A DNA stretch of 63,918 bases, filler included, from Chiloscyllium plagiosum (Eukaryota), in NCBI RefSeq assembly GCF_004010195.1. It is 5 parts of one record of this genome, joined end to end, with 100 filler letters (N's around TTAATTAATTAA, not from the genome) between each part and the next. Parts side by side here need not be neighbours in the genome. Positions count along the whole stretch, not along the records: positions 29,130 to 44,922 come from NC_057713.1; positions 45,023 to 59,114 come from NC_057713.1; 3 more parts are not named here. One strand, written 5' to 3'. Made by a program: the position numbers and the translations under genes. Position 1 is the stretch's first letter; every line of letters starts with the position of its first letter. This document shows positions 35,582 through 48,605 of the stretch, one piece after another. The notes beneath the pieces were generated by a model. That model had not been told where the DNA came from. It did no database searches and worked only from the letters and a program-made list of their open reading frames with translations.

Positions 35582-37299
35582 TTAAGTAAAATAGTTACTC
35601 AGGAAAACTTGTATTTTCATGCACACATTCTAAGTCATAAGTAGCCATTAACCCAGCTCCACACATGCCTCGCACACATCCAACTACATCTCACCCAGAC
35701 TCTTTATACTTCTCTCTGATAGTTCTGTGCTATGACAGAACTGTGGGAATAGAATTACAGCTCCAGGTCTGTGAAGTTCACGGATTGGAATCTCTCCCTG
35801 AAATGCAGAGCACTCTCAGAAAAAAACAAAAGAAGGGCCAGAGTGACAGTTTACATGAGACTGCCACATCTCAAAAAGTCCAGCCCAATATTTCCTTGCT
35901 AAGTATTAAGGTAAGTCCCTCGTCTCTGATGTTGAATCTAATTCTGCATGCAGTCCTGGGCAGCAGAAATCAGCCCATCAGAGATAAATTTGTGTGTTTG
36001 TGTCCGCGGGTATGTGTACAGGGCTTCCACAGCGTCCTGAAGCACATTCCCCATTTTATGGATTTTCACAGTATGATTACTGGACAATCTTATGTCCACG
36101 CCACATCACATTTGTTTGCCCAGAAAGATCTGTTAAAGAATGGACACTATTTCTCTACTGATCATCCTAGGAAGCCATCAAATGGAAAATCAAACTTGGC
36201 TCCCTTATTATAAACGTTTGCACCACACAAAATACTTATGGTATGAAACAAATGACAGAACTGAGAAAAGTTACCACATTTGGTTCAATAGAATAGTCAC
36301 ATAAAGTTTGGAGAAGTAAATTTGGCTGCCAGATGAGTTTGGAGGGAGGAAAATAAATAAGAGTAGGGTGAGACAATGGTGGGCAACGGCTTGCTGATTA
36401 TAACTACCATTAAATATTGCCTGTTACCTAACATGTAGACCCAGTAATCGTGAATGTTATATCCAGCCCAGTCCAGAGTAAAGCAGATTCTGGTCCCAAA
36501 ACTGTCCTTTGTGCTAATTTTGTATTTTCTAGCACTTGGACGACAGAAATGTTGAAGTAATAAAATGACATAGACTGCAATATTGGCCGAGTCCATGGAT
36601 GCCACATGGCAACTCATGTTGAGAAGGAGACCAATGCTGTTGAGCTGTTTCTGTAGCTGTGCAGTCTGGAAATGTTTGCACATTATATTAACCAGGATTA
36701 GAAGCAGGTTTCAAAAACTTGCTGTGTACCTGCATTCAGCATGATGAGCCTGCGCCTCCCTGTAGTGTTATTGAAAGGACTAGGCATTGAACTTGAAAAT
36801 AAAAGCCTACATCTGCTGGGGCAAGATTTTTGGAAATCATGTGACTTGTTTTTGGATGTATTGTTGACAGCTTCTGCATGTATTCAAGTAGGTGCAAATG
36901 TCTAGCCGGGTTCTCCAACTGTAAGCAAGTTATGGAACCTTGATTAAGAAATGGAGCAGAGTTTCAAGGAAAGGTTTTGCTCAGATGAAGAAGATAATGG
37001 GCTCTGTACAGCACGTCCTATTATTCCCAGTTTTTTTTGAGAGCCTCTTCTGACTCATTAATACATTATTGTCATATGTATTCAAATACACAATTTCAGA
37101 AGTACCGTGAAAAGTTTTCAATGCCACACACACACTATCTTAAATGCAAGTTCCTAGACATAAAAACTTAAGAACAGGGTCGAAAGAAATAAGGAACTAA
37201 GTTAAAAGGTAAAACATTATAGTTAGTCTTAGTAAACTGTAATATAACAGTGCAAATAGATATAAAGAGTTAAAATATAGTGGGAATTATAGATAGATA

Positions 37300-38520
37300 G
37301 TTGCAAGGTGTCCAAAATGGGAACTGAACATCCAAGGTTTCATTATTTAGGAAGAACATATGTCAAAGGTAAGGGAAATTGGATGGCATCATGAGTAAAA
37401 GGCAAAAAAACACATCAATGCAATAGTGAGGAAGGGTATTGGCTCGCAAAACCATATGGGGGTTATCCATAGGCCCACAAACAGTAGTAGAGGTGCAAGG
37501 AAACAAGAAATCAGCAATGTGTGCAAAGTATACATCCATAATCATGTAAGATTCTATTTACATATAGATTGCACAAACCAAACTAGCAATGATATTGTCT
37601 AGAGGAAGATTTCATGGTAAATGTATACAATTGATTCTTTGGGCTAAAAAACAAACAGAGAACAGGCTATTCATTACTGGGTACTGTGCAATGAGGATTA
37701 ATTAATATCCCTGTGGTGTGAGTTCCTTGGGGAAGAGCAACAACTTTATAATTGAAGAATTTGATCAGACAGAGTGAATTGGTAAAAATTGAAAATAAAA
37801 ATAAAAATGAGAGTCCTGAATTAGAACCTAAGTAAATAAATAAAGGAACTACAAGGTGATGAGGTGCAAAAAGGCAAGAATGGATTGGGTAACCTTAGGA
37901 AAAGATGATGGTGGATAGGCAATGGCTAATACTTAAAGGTCACATGCATGAACTACCATGATTATTTATTCCTGTCTTGTGCAAAAGTAAGATCAGAAAC
38001 GTGGTTCAATAATAGCTTACAGAATAAATTAGGTCTGGTCTTAGATCCAAAGAGGAGGGATATAAAATTGCCAGAAGAAGCAACATGTTCGAGGATTGGA
38101 TGCATTTTAGCATTCAACAAAAGATGCCTGTAAGTTTGACCAACAAGGGGAAATAGAGGATGAGAGTATAATTGCAGAGAACCATTAGCGCATTCACTAT
38201 CTTGGCAGCCATTTCCTTTAACATCATACCCATCAGTTCCAGTGTATTACAGTTTTTTAGCCCCATTATGCTTTCTCTGGTAGTACTTATTGTCTTTATT
38301 TATTTGTTTCCCTTTTGCCGCTCTATTATTTAGGATTTTGGAATGTTATTTGTGTCTTCTATCTTGATTGACACAAAGTTTTTCTTCAACTCCTCTGCCA
38401 TTTCCTAGTTCTCCATTATTATTTCCCAACCTCATTTCTATGGGGCCTATGTTCACTTTGGTCCTTCACCTCCCTCTTTATATTTTAACAGAGCTCTTGG
38501 CACCTGTTCAGTATTAATAA
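37300..38520. mobile_element. Old CR1 fragments (plus to about 38170, minus after)
   Basis: Decayed endonuclease-region motifs (GVIHRPTN.., I..DFNL.IDW-like). Confidence 0.5.
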
Positions 38521-39420
38521 CAGGTTTACCTCAATGTGTCGGAGTCTTTCCAAGTGAGATTGGGTGACATATTCAATATCTCACAGTTTGCCTTATTATT
38601 GATAGATTTAGGATTTATCCATGACTGCAGAGGCAAGTTCATTGTTTCATCCTTCAAATAAAACAAGGTAAAGTTGACACATGGCTTTGCCAGTATAGCA
38701 GGCTTCCTGACCAAGCAAAGTACCACTGACCACACACACATTTCGCTCCTCCATGCAACTGTCGACAGGTGACCACTCAATTCATATACAATTGATGAGC
38801 AACCATTGCATATTGGTTGCAAGTTGGTGAATGTTGACAATCCTGGCAGCAGCCATGCTATCAGTTCACTATCTTCGCACTTCCAGAGTGAGTTAGTAGA
38901 CGATGCTCAGTGACAAAGGTTACTGCCTGCTTACACATTTCATGACTCTCCTCTGTTATCTGACTACATAAAGATGTCATACATTTAATGACAGCTATGG
39001 TGACACAAGAAGCATGGTGGAGAAGATTCTTCAGTTATTGAAACAATGCTGTGGAAGTCTTCCATTCACAATGCTGGTCTGAGGTCTCAGAATGACAAAC
39101 ACTCCATAAGATGGCAATCATATCATGGCAACCATTGCTACCGATATTGCAGGTACCACTTTGAATAGAGGAGAAGGCAGAGGAGAAGGAAGGAATGATG
39201 CATCCTTGCCCTTTCACTCTGCCCAAGACTGCCAGCTCAAACCCTGTTTCTTAAAAGACAACTTCTCTTCATCACCATTACCCACCATACCACATAATTA
39301 GCAAACCCCATCACAGTGACTTATTGGACAAAATCTGATAATGCTATCCAGCAACTGAAACGTTTCCATACACATCTTTAACCAACAACATATCCAAGTG
39401 TAGAAACAAAACTGGTTGAC

Positions 39421-39460
39421 TACACACACACACACATACACACACACACACACACACATA
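39421..39460. repeat. (CA)n microsatellite
   Basis: Direct reading. Confidence 0.9.
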
Positions 39461-39539
39461 TTTATATTTCTTCACTGCCTACCTTGCTAGTACCTTGCAT
39501 TCTTGGAGGATGAAGCCATTTTCAAAATGCTAATGTACT

Positions 39540-40070
39540 AGCGATTTTTGAGAAGGTTTGTAGTTCAGGTTAACAATGAGTATGCAAGTTAGCTCACTGA
39601 GCTGGAAGGCTTGTTTGCAGACGTTCCGTCACCATGACGAGATAACATCATCAGTGAGAGTTTCCGGAGAAGCGCTAGTGGTATGTCCCACTGTCTATTT
39701 GTAGGCTTTGGTTTCTTAAGATGGGTGATGTCAGTTCCGGTTCTTTTTTTCAAGGGAAGGTAGATCTAAATTGATGTGTTTATTGATGGAGTTCTGGTTA
39801 GAATGCCATACCTCTAAGAATTCTCGTGCATGTCTTTGTTTCGCCTGTCCTAGGTTGTGCATGTTGTCCCAGTCAACAGGGTGCTCTTCTTTGTCTGTAT
39901 TATGGAAACTAGACATTAACCACCTTAAGAACCCAAGACCTATAAGTAGAGAGACAGGACATACCACCAGTGCTTCACTGGAGACTTTGACTGATGATGT
40001 TACCTAGTCATGGTAATGAATCATTTGAAACCAAACCTTCCAGCTCAGTGAGCTAACTTACATATTTATA
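39540..40070. mobile_element. Palindromic Penelope element (family C) retaining GIY-YIG endonuclease C-terminus
   Basis: Minus frame NTDKEEHPVDWDNMHNLGQAKQRHAREFLEVWHSNQNSINKHINLD; hammerhead remnants at 39618-39656 (-) and 39991-40024 (+); TSD CTAATGTACT at 39530-39539 and 40071-40080. Confidence 0.88.
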
Positions 40071-40994
40071 CTAATGTACTTTATAATTGGATTCCCTTTA
40101 AATCAATGTCTTTATTCTTAGTTTGTTTCCTCTTCAAACAACAATCAAGTTGATTTTTTTGCTGCATTCAGCAACTGAGGAGACGTTTTGATATTTTGCT
40201 GAAAGTGAGCATAAAACATATTGCAGTACAACCAGGCCAGGTATTCTGCTTTCACAGCATTGACATTTAACTCATTCCTTACCTTTCTCGAAAGAAGAGT
40301 TAATCAATTGAAAACCTATTTGCTGTGAACATTTGAGGCTGGAGTTGAGAGTGTGAATGCTATAACATGATAAATTCTCATATTCTGATGTTATTTGAAA
40401 CTTCTCTCAATACTTTTTCTGCTTTGAAATTACGGCTTTAATTTGCCACAAAATAAAGAATTCCATCAAAAAGCTTGTCAAAGTTAATTTGAATGCAAAA
40501 GACTGCAGCTGACTTCTATATGTCAGTTTCCGTCCAGTGAGAGGATTGATACTTGTTTTTAAACAGATGTCTGGAAGTCAAGCCAATTATCAAATTATGC
40601 AACGCATCTTGACAGTGTCTCACCTGCTTCCTCATTAAATGTTTTCCACGTTGCTGGAGAGAAGCTGCCTAAATTAATCTGTGCTGATCGCCTAAATTGT
40701 CTAATTTCCTACTCTGCAATTTGGAATAGAGACCTGTGCAGATGGCATTGATGCATCCTTAGCTTTATGAGCACTTCATGAAATATTCCCATCATGTTGC
40801 ACAGCAGGTCAACACAGCCAAGGGGCTGAGACTTCTGGTCACCCTTATTGAATTAAGTAGACTAGACCGATATCCCCTCAAGTTTGGAAAAGTGAAGCAG
40901 GAATTTAGAAGACTAAATACGATCAGCACACAAGGATTGCATTCAGTCCATTGTGTATCTGCCAGTCATGACAGATACTGGGCTGGGGTAAGGC

Positions 40995-41920
40995 GATTAG
41001 ACCATAAGATGTAGGTGAAGAATTAGGACATTCAGCCCTTCAGATCTGCTCCTCCATTTGGCCATGATTGGTATGTTTCTCAACTCTATTCTTCTGCTTT
41101 TCCCCATAATCCTTGACTCCTTACCAATCAAGAACTATCCATCTCTGTCTTAAATACGATTTGGAGATGCCGATGTTGGACTGGGGTGTATAAAGTTAAA
41201 AATTACACAACACCAGGTTATAGTCCAAAAGGTTTAATTGGAAGCACACTAGCTTTCGGAGCGGCGCTCCTTCACCAATGGTTGTCCACCTGATGAAGGA
41301 GCGGCACTCCAAAAGCTGATGTGTTTCCAATTAAACCTGTTGGACTATAACCTGGTGTTGTGTGATTTTTAACTTTGTCTTAAATATAATGGCTTGACCT
41401 CCATAGCCTTCTGTGGTAATGAGTTGCATAGAGTTCCCATCCTCTGGCTGAGGAAATTCCTCCTCATCTCAGTTCAAAAGGTTGTCATTTCACCCTGAGG
41501 GTCCTAGTCTGTCCTACTATTGGAAACATTTTCTCCACATCCACTCTATCCAGACCTCTCAATCAACTGCAAATTTCAATGAGATTGCCCCTCATGCTTT
41601 TGACCTCCATTGAGTACAGGCCCAGAGTTGTCAATCAATCCTCATAAATGAGCCCTTCATCAGTGGGATCAATCCTGTAAATCTCCGAATCATCTTGAAT
41701 GTTGGCACATCCTTCCTTAAATACCGAGCCCAAAACTGCTCATAATATTCCAATTACAGTCCTCTTGAAATGAACACCAGCTTTGCATTTGCTTTCCCAA
41801 CTGGCAACTGAACTTGCGTTGTAACTTTAAGAGAATCCTGGACTATGACTCTCAAGTGCCTTTATGTTTCAGATTTCTAAGTCTTTTCCCATTTAGAAAA
41901 TAGTCTATGCCTCTATTCCC
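40995..41920 (-). mobile_element. CR1 3' fragment
   Basis: CR1 3' UTR complement and MRGNLIE segment. Confidence 0.75.
41157..41375. mobile_element. Palindromic family B element inside CR1
   Basis: Inverted arms around 41283, CACCTGATGAAGGAGCGGCACTCCAAAAGC; TSD TGTCTTAAATA at 41146-41156 and 41376-41386. Confidence 0.88.
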
Positions 41921-42429
41921 CAATTCCTGGCCCTTAGCTCTGTAGGTTTTAGCATTGGAAAAGCATATTCACATGCTCATTTTAATTGTGATGAGGGGTT
42001 TCTGTGTTTACCACCCTTATTGTCCATGAGTTTCAGACATCTATAAGACTCTAAATGAATTATGTACTCTTCAGTTTCCTTCTAATCCTTCCATCAACTA
42101 CTTCAAATCTCTACCATCTGGCTTTTGTTCTGGTGGAAATGGACCCTTGCTATCTAGGCCCAATATGGTTTCATACAACAAAATTAAAACACTGCTCAGC
42201 CACTTCTGTTTCAGATGTTTCGTCTCTCAGGAAAACAAAGGATATCGGGGGTAAGAGGGGAAGTGCAAAAAAATACAGAAACTGCTGGAGGCAACAGGCC
42301 TGGCAGCATCTGTGGAGTGAAAAAGAGGGTTAACATTTTGAGTTCAATATGAATCTTTTCTCAGCAGCACTTTGGTTTTGTTAGAATTGGAAAGTGCAGT
42401 TGAAGTCAAAGGTCAGCCTGGATCACAGT

Positions 42430-43470
42430 AATGATGGAGAGATAGGGTCATCTCCTCCTCTAATTTAAGCCTTTAAAGCAACCTCAGCTTCTCCAATCTT
42501 CCCACTCTGTTCTCTATTACTTGCAACACCCTATAAATCTCCTCTTTAATCTCCTTAGCGCAGTTAAGGATTTTCTGTTCAGAAAATTAGAATATTATTG
42601 CAACATTTTAGCCACTATCAAACCAGTGTTTTATGTAGTACCAGGATAACAATCCCTGGTTGGATCATTTCTAGACTCAGCCAATAAAAGAATACCTATT
42701 TGACCACATTTTCCTACCACCTTCTGGGATCTCTGGATGTGCACTCTGCATTTCTCAGTCTCTCGGCATTTATTGTGCATTCTCCTGTCTTATTTGTTCT
42801 GCCTACATGCACTTCTCAATTCTCTGGATTAAATTCCATTTACAATTATTTTTTCAGTCCATGCAGTAACATTCTGTATTCTACAGTGTTCTTTCTCACT
42901 TTCAACCACGTGTGATTTTTGCATCATCAGCAAACTTCCTCATTTTGCCATCTATTTAAAGTCTAAGTTGTACATTCTAAGAACAACAAGGGGCCTACTA
43001 AATTCCTGAAGTCTACTGGAAATAGTCCTCCATTGCAAAAAAAATCCCTCAACAGTAAGTCTTTGTTTCTGGCTCTTAACTAACTTTGGATCTAATTTTT
43101 CACTTTCCTTTGGATTCAATTTGTCACTTTCTTTTGGGTCCAATGTGTTAATAATTTTTTGATCAGGCATATGGGCTCTTCTCAAAAGCCTTTTCAAAAA
43201 TCCATGTAGTTTGCATTAATGTGTTAGCCTTTAAGGAATCTGATTGGACTGTGCTGGATTTCTCTATTGAGGATTTACAGTGTCTCTCACAATCTCTTGT
43301 CACAATCTATTCACCACTAACGTTAGGCTCTCTGGTTGCAAACACTCGTGATATCTCCCTTCAAAAATAATGTTCAACATTAGCAGTCCTCCAAACCCCT
43401 GGCATACCACTAACAGCTAGAGAGGACTGACAAATGCTTGTCACAGCTTCTGCAACTGTGCCTGGGATAA
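42430..43470 (-). mobile_element. Old CR1 RT fragment
   Basis: KFADDAK complement (TTTTGCATCATCAGCAAACTT) near 42917-42937. Confidence 0.6.
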
Positions 43471-43474
43471 AACT

Positions 43475-44192
43475 CATAGAGTCATAGAGATGTGCAGCAC
43501 AGAAACAGACCCTTTTGTCCAATACGTCCTTGCCGACCAGATATCCTAAGTTAATCTAGTCCCATTTACCAACACTTGGTCCATATCCTTCTAAACCCTT
43601 CCTATTCATATACCCATCCAGATGCCTTTTACATGTTGTAATTGTACTAGCCTCCATCACTTCTTCTGGCAGCTCATTCCACACATGTACCACCCTCTGC
43701 ATGAAATTGTTGCCCCTTAGGTCCATTTTTTATCTTTTCCGTCTCACATTAAATCTGTGCCCTCTAGTTCTGGACTCCCGCACGTCAGGGAACAAGACCT
43801 TGTCTATTTACCCTATCCATGCTCCCCATGGTTTTATAAACTTCTCAGCCCTAAGCCTCCAATAATCCAGGGAAAATAGCCCCAGCCAATCAGCCTCTCC
43901 CTATAGCTCAAACCCTCCTTGGCAACGTCCTTGTAAATATTTTCTGAACCCTTTCAAGTTTCACAACATTTTTCCAATAGGGCGAAGAGCAGAATTGCAC
44001 ACAATATTCCAAAAGTGGCCTAACCAATGTCCTGTACAGCCACAACATGACCTCCCAACTCCTATACTCAATTATCTGACCATTAAAGGCAAGCATATCA
44101 AACACCTTCTTCACGATCCTATCTACCTGTGACTCCACTTTCAAGAAACTATGAACCTACACTCCAAGGTCTCTTTGTTCAGCAACACTCCC
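43475..44192 (-). mobile_element. CR1 3' part
   Basis: LYRTLVRPLLEYCVQF..LERVQKIFTR; (CTATGACT)n tail complement. Confidence 0.9.
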
Positions 44193-45380
44193 CAACAGAG
44201 AGCGGCGGGAGCAGGGCGGAAGTTCAGATGGAGCGCAAAGCCAGTTGGGAAGGTAAGTGATTACTATATAAAGAACTTACCTCGACGCCAACGGTCTTTT
44301 CGCAACAGAGAGCAGCGGGAGCTGGGCGGAAGTTCAGACGGAGCGCAAAGCCGGTCAGGAAGGTAAGTGATTACTATAAGAGTGGGTGTGTTCTAAACCC
44401 CAGGTCCTACAAAGTAGGGTCTCACTCCCTCCTCCTCTAACCTTAATTAAGAGACCACAGACGTGCCACAAAAAGAGGGTCTAAGGAAGTTTAGATCGAG
44501 GAGTGAGGCTTCATCTCAGAACTCTTTGACAAGGAGGTTGAGTGAAGTGATTACACCACAGTTGAAGAGAGTGAAGACATGACTGCCTAGCTGGTTCAGT
44601 GCGCTACGTGCTTGATGTGGGAGGTCAACGACTCTGGTGTGCCTGGCTCGTATATGTGTGGAAAGTGTGTGCACATTCAGCAATAGACCGAGCATATTGC
44701 AGCGCTGACGAAAGAACTCGAAGACCTTAGGCTCATCCGAGAGAACGAGATCTTTCTGGACAAGACCTTCAGCGATGTTATTACACCAATCATGCCAGAA
44801 GAGAGCAGAAGAGAGCAAATGATAAGGAAGGCAGAGAGGAGACAGGTGCAAGAGACCCCGGGAGAAGTACCTGTCAGGAACAAGTTGAAGCTTTTGGAAG
44901 CAGAGACTGATGACACTGCCAGNNNNNNNNNNNNNNNNNNNNNNNNNNNNNNNNNNNNNNNNNNNNTTAATTAATTAANNNNNNNNNNNNNNNNNNNNNN
45001 NNNNNNNNNNNNNNNNNNNNNNCAAACAGGTATTCTGTTTTGGAAAATGTAGGGGGTGATGGAACAGCCAAGTTTCTGGTATTGAGACTGGCTGTAATGC
45101 AACGAGGGGTATGTCGGCTTCCAAGAGATCAATTGTGTTAGGGGATTCTGTAGTCCGAGGTACAGACAGACGTTTCTGTGGCCAGCAGAGAAAAAGCAGA
45201 ATAGTGTGTTGTTTCCCTGATGCCAGGATCAAGGATGTCTCAGAGAGGGTGCAGAATGTTCTCACGGGGGAAGAGGGGCCAGCAAGAGGTCATTGTCCAT
45301 ATTGGAACCAACGATATAGGAAGGGAAAAGGTTGAGATTCTGAAGGGAGATTGCAGAGAGTTAGGCAGAAATTTTAAAAA
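44193..45380 (+). mobile_element. CR1 LINE 5' end: repeated 5' UTR and ORF1 (Zn finger, coiled coil, SGNH esterase), decayed
   Basis: 110-bp period repeat (44193-44268, 44303-44378); from ATG 44579 VQCATCLMWEV..YMCGKCV; after the gap IVLGDSVVRG..FPDARIKD..VHIGTND. Confidence 0.88.
44923..45022. other. Assembly gap spacer
   Basis: 44 N + TTAATTAATTAA + 44 N. Confidence 0.98.
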
Positions 45381-46014
45381 GATTTGCAAGCCTCGGGAAA
45401 TTATATCCATCAGTAAATATGATGCAGCCATTAAACAATCCAAACTCTAAGAGTCATGCTGGAAACCATCTTAAGATCAGCAGTCAGGCTCATACTGGGA
45501 TACATGTTTAGGCAAAAGGAATATTCATTAAAAAATGAATTTGTGATGATAGCCAATACACCCTCTTGGTATCACCCTGACTGATCACAATCCCTATCTG
45601 TGTGATCTGAGAATCTTTTAAGAAAATTAAGATTGGGAAGTAGCTGCTAACTTTGCCGCATCTTCAATGAAGTCTCAACCAATTTGAACCCTCCACTTAT
45701 ACTTTATGAAATAGTGTCCTCCACCCTTTTAAGTCTGTTTCAAACATCCTAGTTCTTGTGAGTAAAAGACAAAAAGCTTCAACCTTCTGTCACCTTTTAG
45801 CAGTGAAAATGCTGGAAATACTCAGCATGTGAGAATGGTTCTAGCTATGTGACAATGCCAAAATAGCACTTTTCAATAAATTACATCCTGTGTGATTGTG
45901 ACAAAGGCAGACGAGAACACTCTCATTTGGATCTATTCTTACCTATCTAACTGGAGCTAGAAAATCACTCGAACAGACATATTTTCCTCCTTTCACACCA
46001 CTATTTCTGATGTC

Positions 46015-47200
46015 CTCTTCTCCAGGGATCAAATCTTGGCCCCCTCTTATTCTTCATCTACATGTTGCCCTTTTCTCAACACACTATGAAGGCAAAATAT
46101 TAGTTTTTAGATGTATATTGATGACATCCAGCTCCAGCTCACCACCACCACTCTTCAATCCTCCTTTCTTGCTCAGTTATTGGACAGCTTATCTGACATC
46201 CCGTACTTGAAGGTAGAAATTTCCCCCAGTTGAATAATATGAGGATAGAAGCCATATGTTCCTTTTTTAACCTCAAGCTCCACTCCTAAGCTATCAACTC
46301 TGCCCCTATCCCTGGCAAAAATCAAATGGAGGAGAAAGTGGGGACTGCAGATGCTGGAGATCAGAGTCAAAGAGTGTGGTGCTAGAAAAGCACAGCCAGT
46401 CAGGCAACATCTGAGGAGCAGGAGAGTCGATGTTTTGAGCATAAGCTTGAGTCCTTATGAAGAACTTATGTTTGAAACATCGACTTTTCTGCTCCCCAAA
46501 AGTAAAATGAAACCAGTCTGTTTACAACATTTGATCTGAAAATAGATTCAGACCTCAAAATGTTTCCATTTCTAAGGCTGTCTTTCTCCACTCCTATATG
46601 GTCACTCGACTTCTAACTGTCTGAGGTCAATTACTGTTAAGAGGCTTGTCAGTGCAATTATTAGGTGTGACTATTTCAATGTACTCTTGGCTGGTTTTCC
46701 ACAATCTACCTTTGATGGACATCATGCCACCCAAAACTCTGCAATTTGTGTCATTACTCACTGTGAGTCCCATTTTCCATCTTATTTCTTTAATCATACT
46801 TCTGGCTCCGGGTCAAGTATTGTCTTGAAACAACACTCTCATGCTTGTTTTCAAAACCCTCCATGACCATGCCATTTCCACTCCAATACCTTACAATCCT
46901 CCAAGATATTTGTGCTTCTTTAATTCTGTCCTCATACACATTCCCAATTATAATTGCTCCGTCATTGACAGCCATTCCTTCAGTATTCTAGGTCCCATCA
47001 TTACACTTCTTCTTGTATTTTCCTTACTCTGCTCCTTTAAGTTAGTTCTTAAGATCTACATTTTTTAACAATCCTTTGGTCATCTGACATAAAATCTCTT
47101 TCACTATCTTTATGGTAAAGCCTTAGTTAAAATGCAATGCCTTTTGGTATTTCATTAGGTTAGAGGTAGTACATAAACTTCAATTGATTTTGTTGAAATG
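46015..47200 (+). mobile_element. Old L2-like LINE 3' part
   Basis: Frameshifted QGSxLGPLLFFIYM and YIDDIQL; L2-type TGGCTCCGGGTCAAG..TTTTCAAAACCCTCCATG 3' region. Confidence 0.65.
46331..46496. mobile_element. Family A element with short inverted arm
   Basis: Family A body (-) then CCTTATGAAGAACTTATGTTTGAAACATCGAC (+). Confidence 0.75.
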
Positions 47201-47319
47201 CTAACAACCACGACCCATGAACCGTTTCTCTCTCCACAGATTCTGTCTTACCTACTGAGTATCTCTAGCATATCCCATTTTTATTTCAAATAGCAATTGT
47301 AGTTAAATGCATAGTAAAT

Positions 47320-48120
47320 GAAGGACAGTGCCATATCGAAAAATGTGAGGTTATCTACCTTGGTAGGCAAAACCAGGAAGGCAGTTTACTACCTGAATTG
47401 TGATAGATTGGGAAAAGGAGAAGCGCAATGAGACCTGGAGGTCATTGTACACTATGTGCTGAGTGTAAGCATGTAGGTGCAGCAGGCGGTGAAGAAAGCA
47501 AATGGGATTTGATCTTCATAGCGAGAGGACTCCAGTACAGGAGCAGGGATATCTTACAACTATTGTCCAGGATCTTGGTGAGACCACACCTGGAGCATTG
47601 TACATTGGTTAGGTCACCTTCTCCAAACAAGAATGTTCTGACTATGGAGAGAGTGCAACGGGACTGTGCTATCAAGGCTGACGAGAGACTTGATCGCTTA
47701 GGACTAGGTTCATTGGAGTTTAGTAGAATGAGGGGAGATCTCATTAAAACCTATAAAATTCAAAAAGGACCACACAGGGTTAACCCAAAATTGTTGTTCC
47801 CAATATTGGTGGAATCAAGAACAACAGAACAGAAGCTAGGGATTATGGGTAGGCCATTTAGAACTGAGATGAGGAGCAATTTCTTCATCCAGAGAATGGT
47901 AAACCTGTGGAATTACCAGCTGCACAAAGTAGGTGTGGCCAAAACATTTAATGGTTTCAAGAAGAAGTTAAATATTCCCTTTTGGGCTAAAGGTATCAAA
48001 GGGGAGAAAACGGGAGCAGGGTACTGAATTGGATGATCAGCCATGATAACCAAGAATGGTGGAACAGGCTCAAAGGGCTGAATGGCCTACTTCTGCTCCT
48101 ATTTTCCATTTTTCTACAAT
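47320..48120 (+). mobile_element. CR1 3' fragment
   Basis: LVRPHLEHC..MRGDLIKTYKI..FFIQRMVNLWN. Confidence 0.85.
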
Positions 48121-48496
48121 ATGTAATTTAACATCTCAGACTAATTATATTTCAGCATCAATTACTTTTATTTGCTTCATGTTGGTGTTCTGTCCACAGA
48201 AGCTGCGTGACCTGCTGAATTTTCCAGAGTTTTTATTTTTATTTCAGATTTTCAGCATCTGTGGAATTTGGCTTCTGTTTTCCCTCTATGCTAATTGTAC
48301 AAAGCTTCGGTACATCAAATCTAATTCTGTTCACAGCACTGGATACTCCAGAAACCTATTTTCCCAAGTCACTGGTTTCAGCAAAGTATATGAGCATAAA
48401 GGAAGTGATAATTGGTAAGTGAAGAAAAAAGATCCTTAATTCCTAAACCTCCCCACGTTACACAACTTCAATTAACCAAGTTATGTTTGATTTGTT

Positions 48497-48605
48497 TGTA
48501 GCACAGTGGTAGTGCTCCTGCCTCTGAGCTATAATCCTGGGTTCAACTCTCACCTGTTTCAGAGTAATGTCACAACTTCTGTGAACAGTTTGATTAAAAA
48601 TATTT
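48497..48605 (+). mobile_element. Old tRNA-derived SINE head
   Basis: TAGCACAGTGG A box and GGGTTCAACTC B box. Confidence 0.5.
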
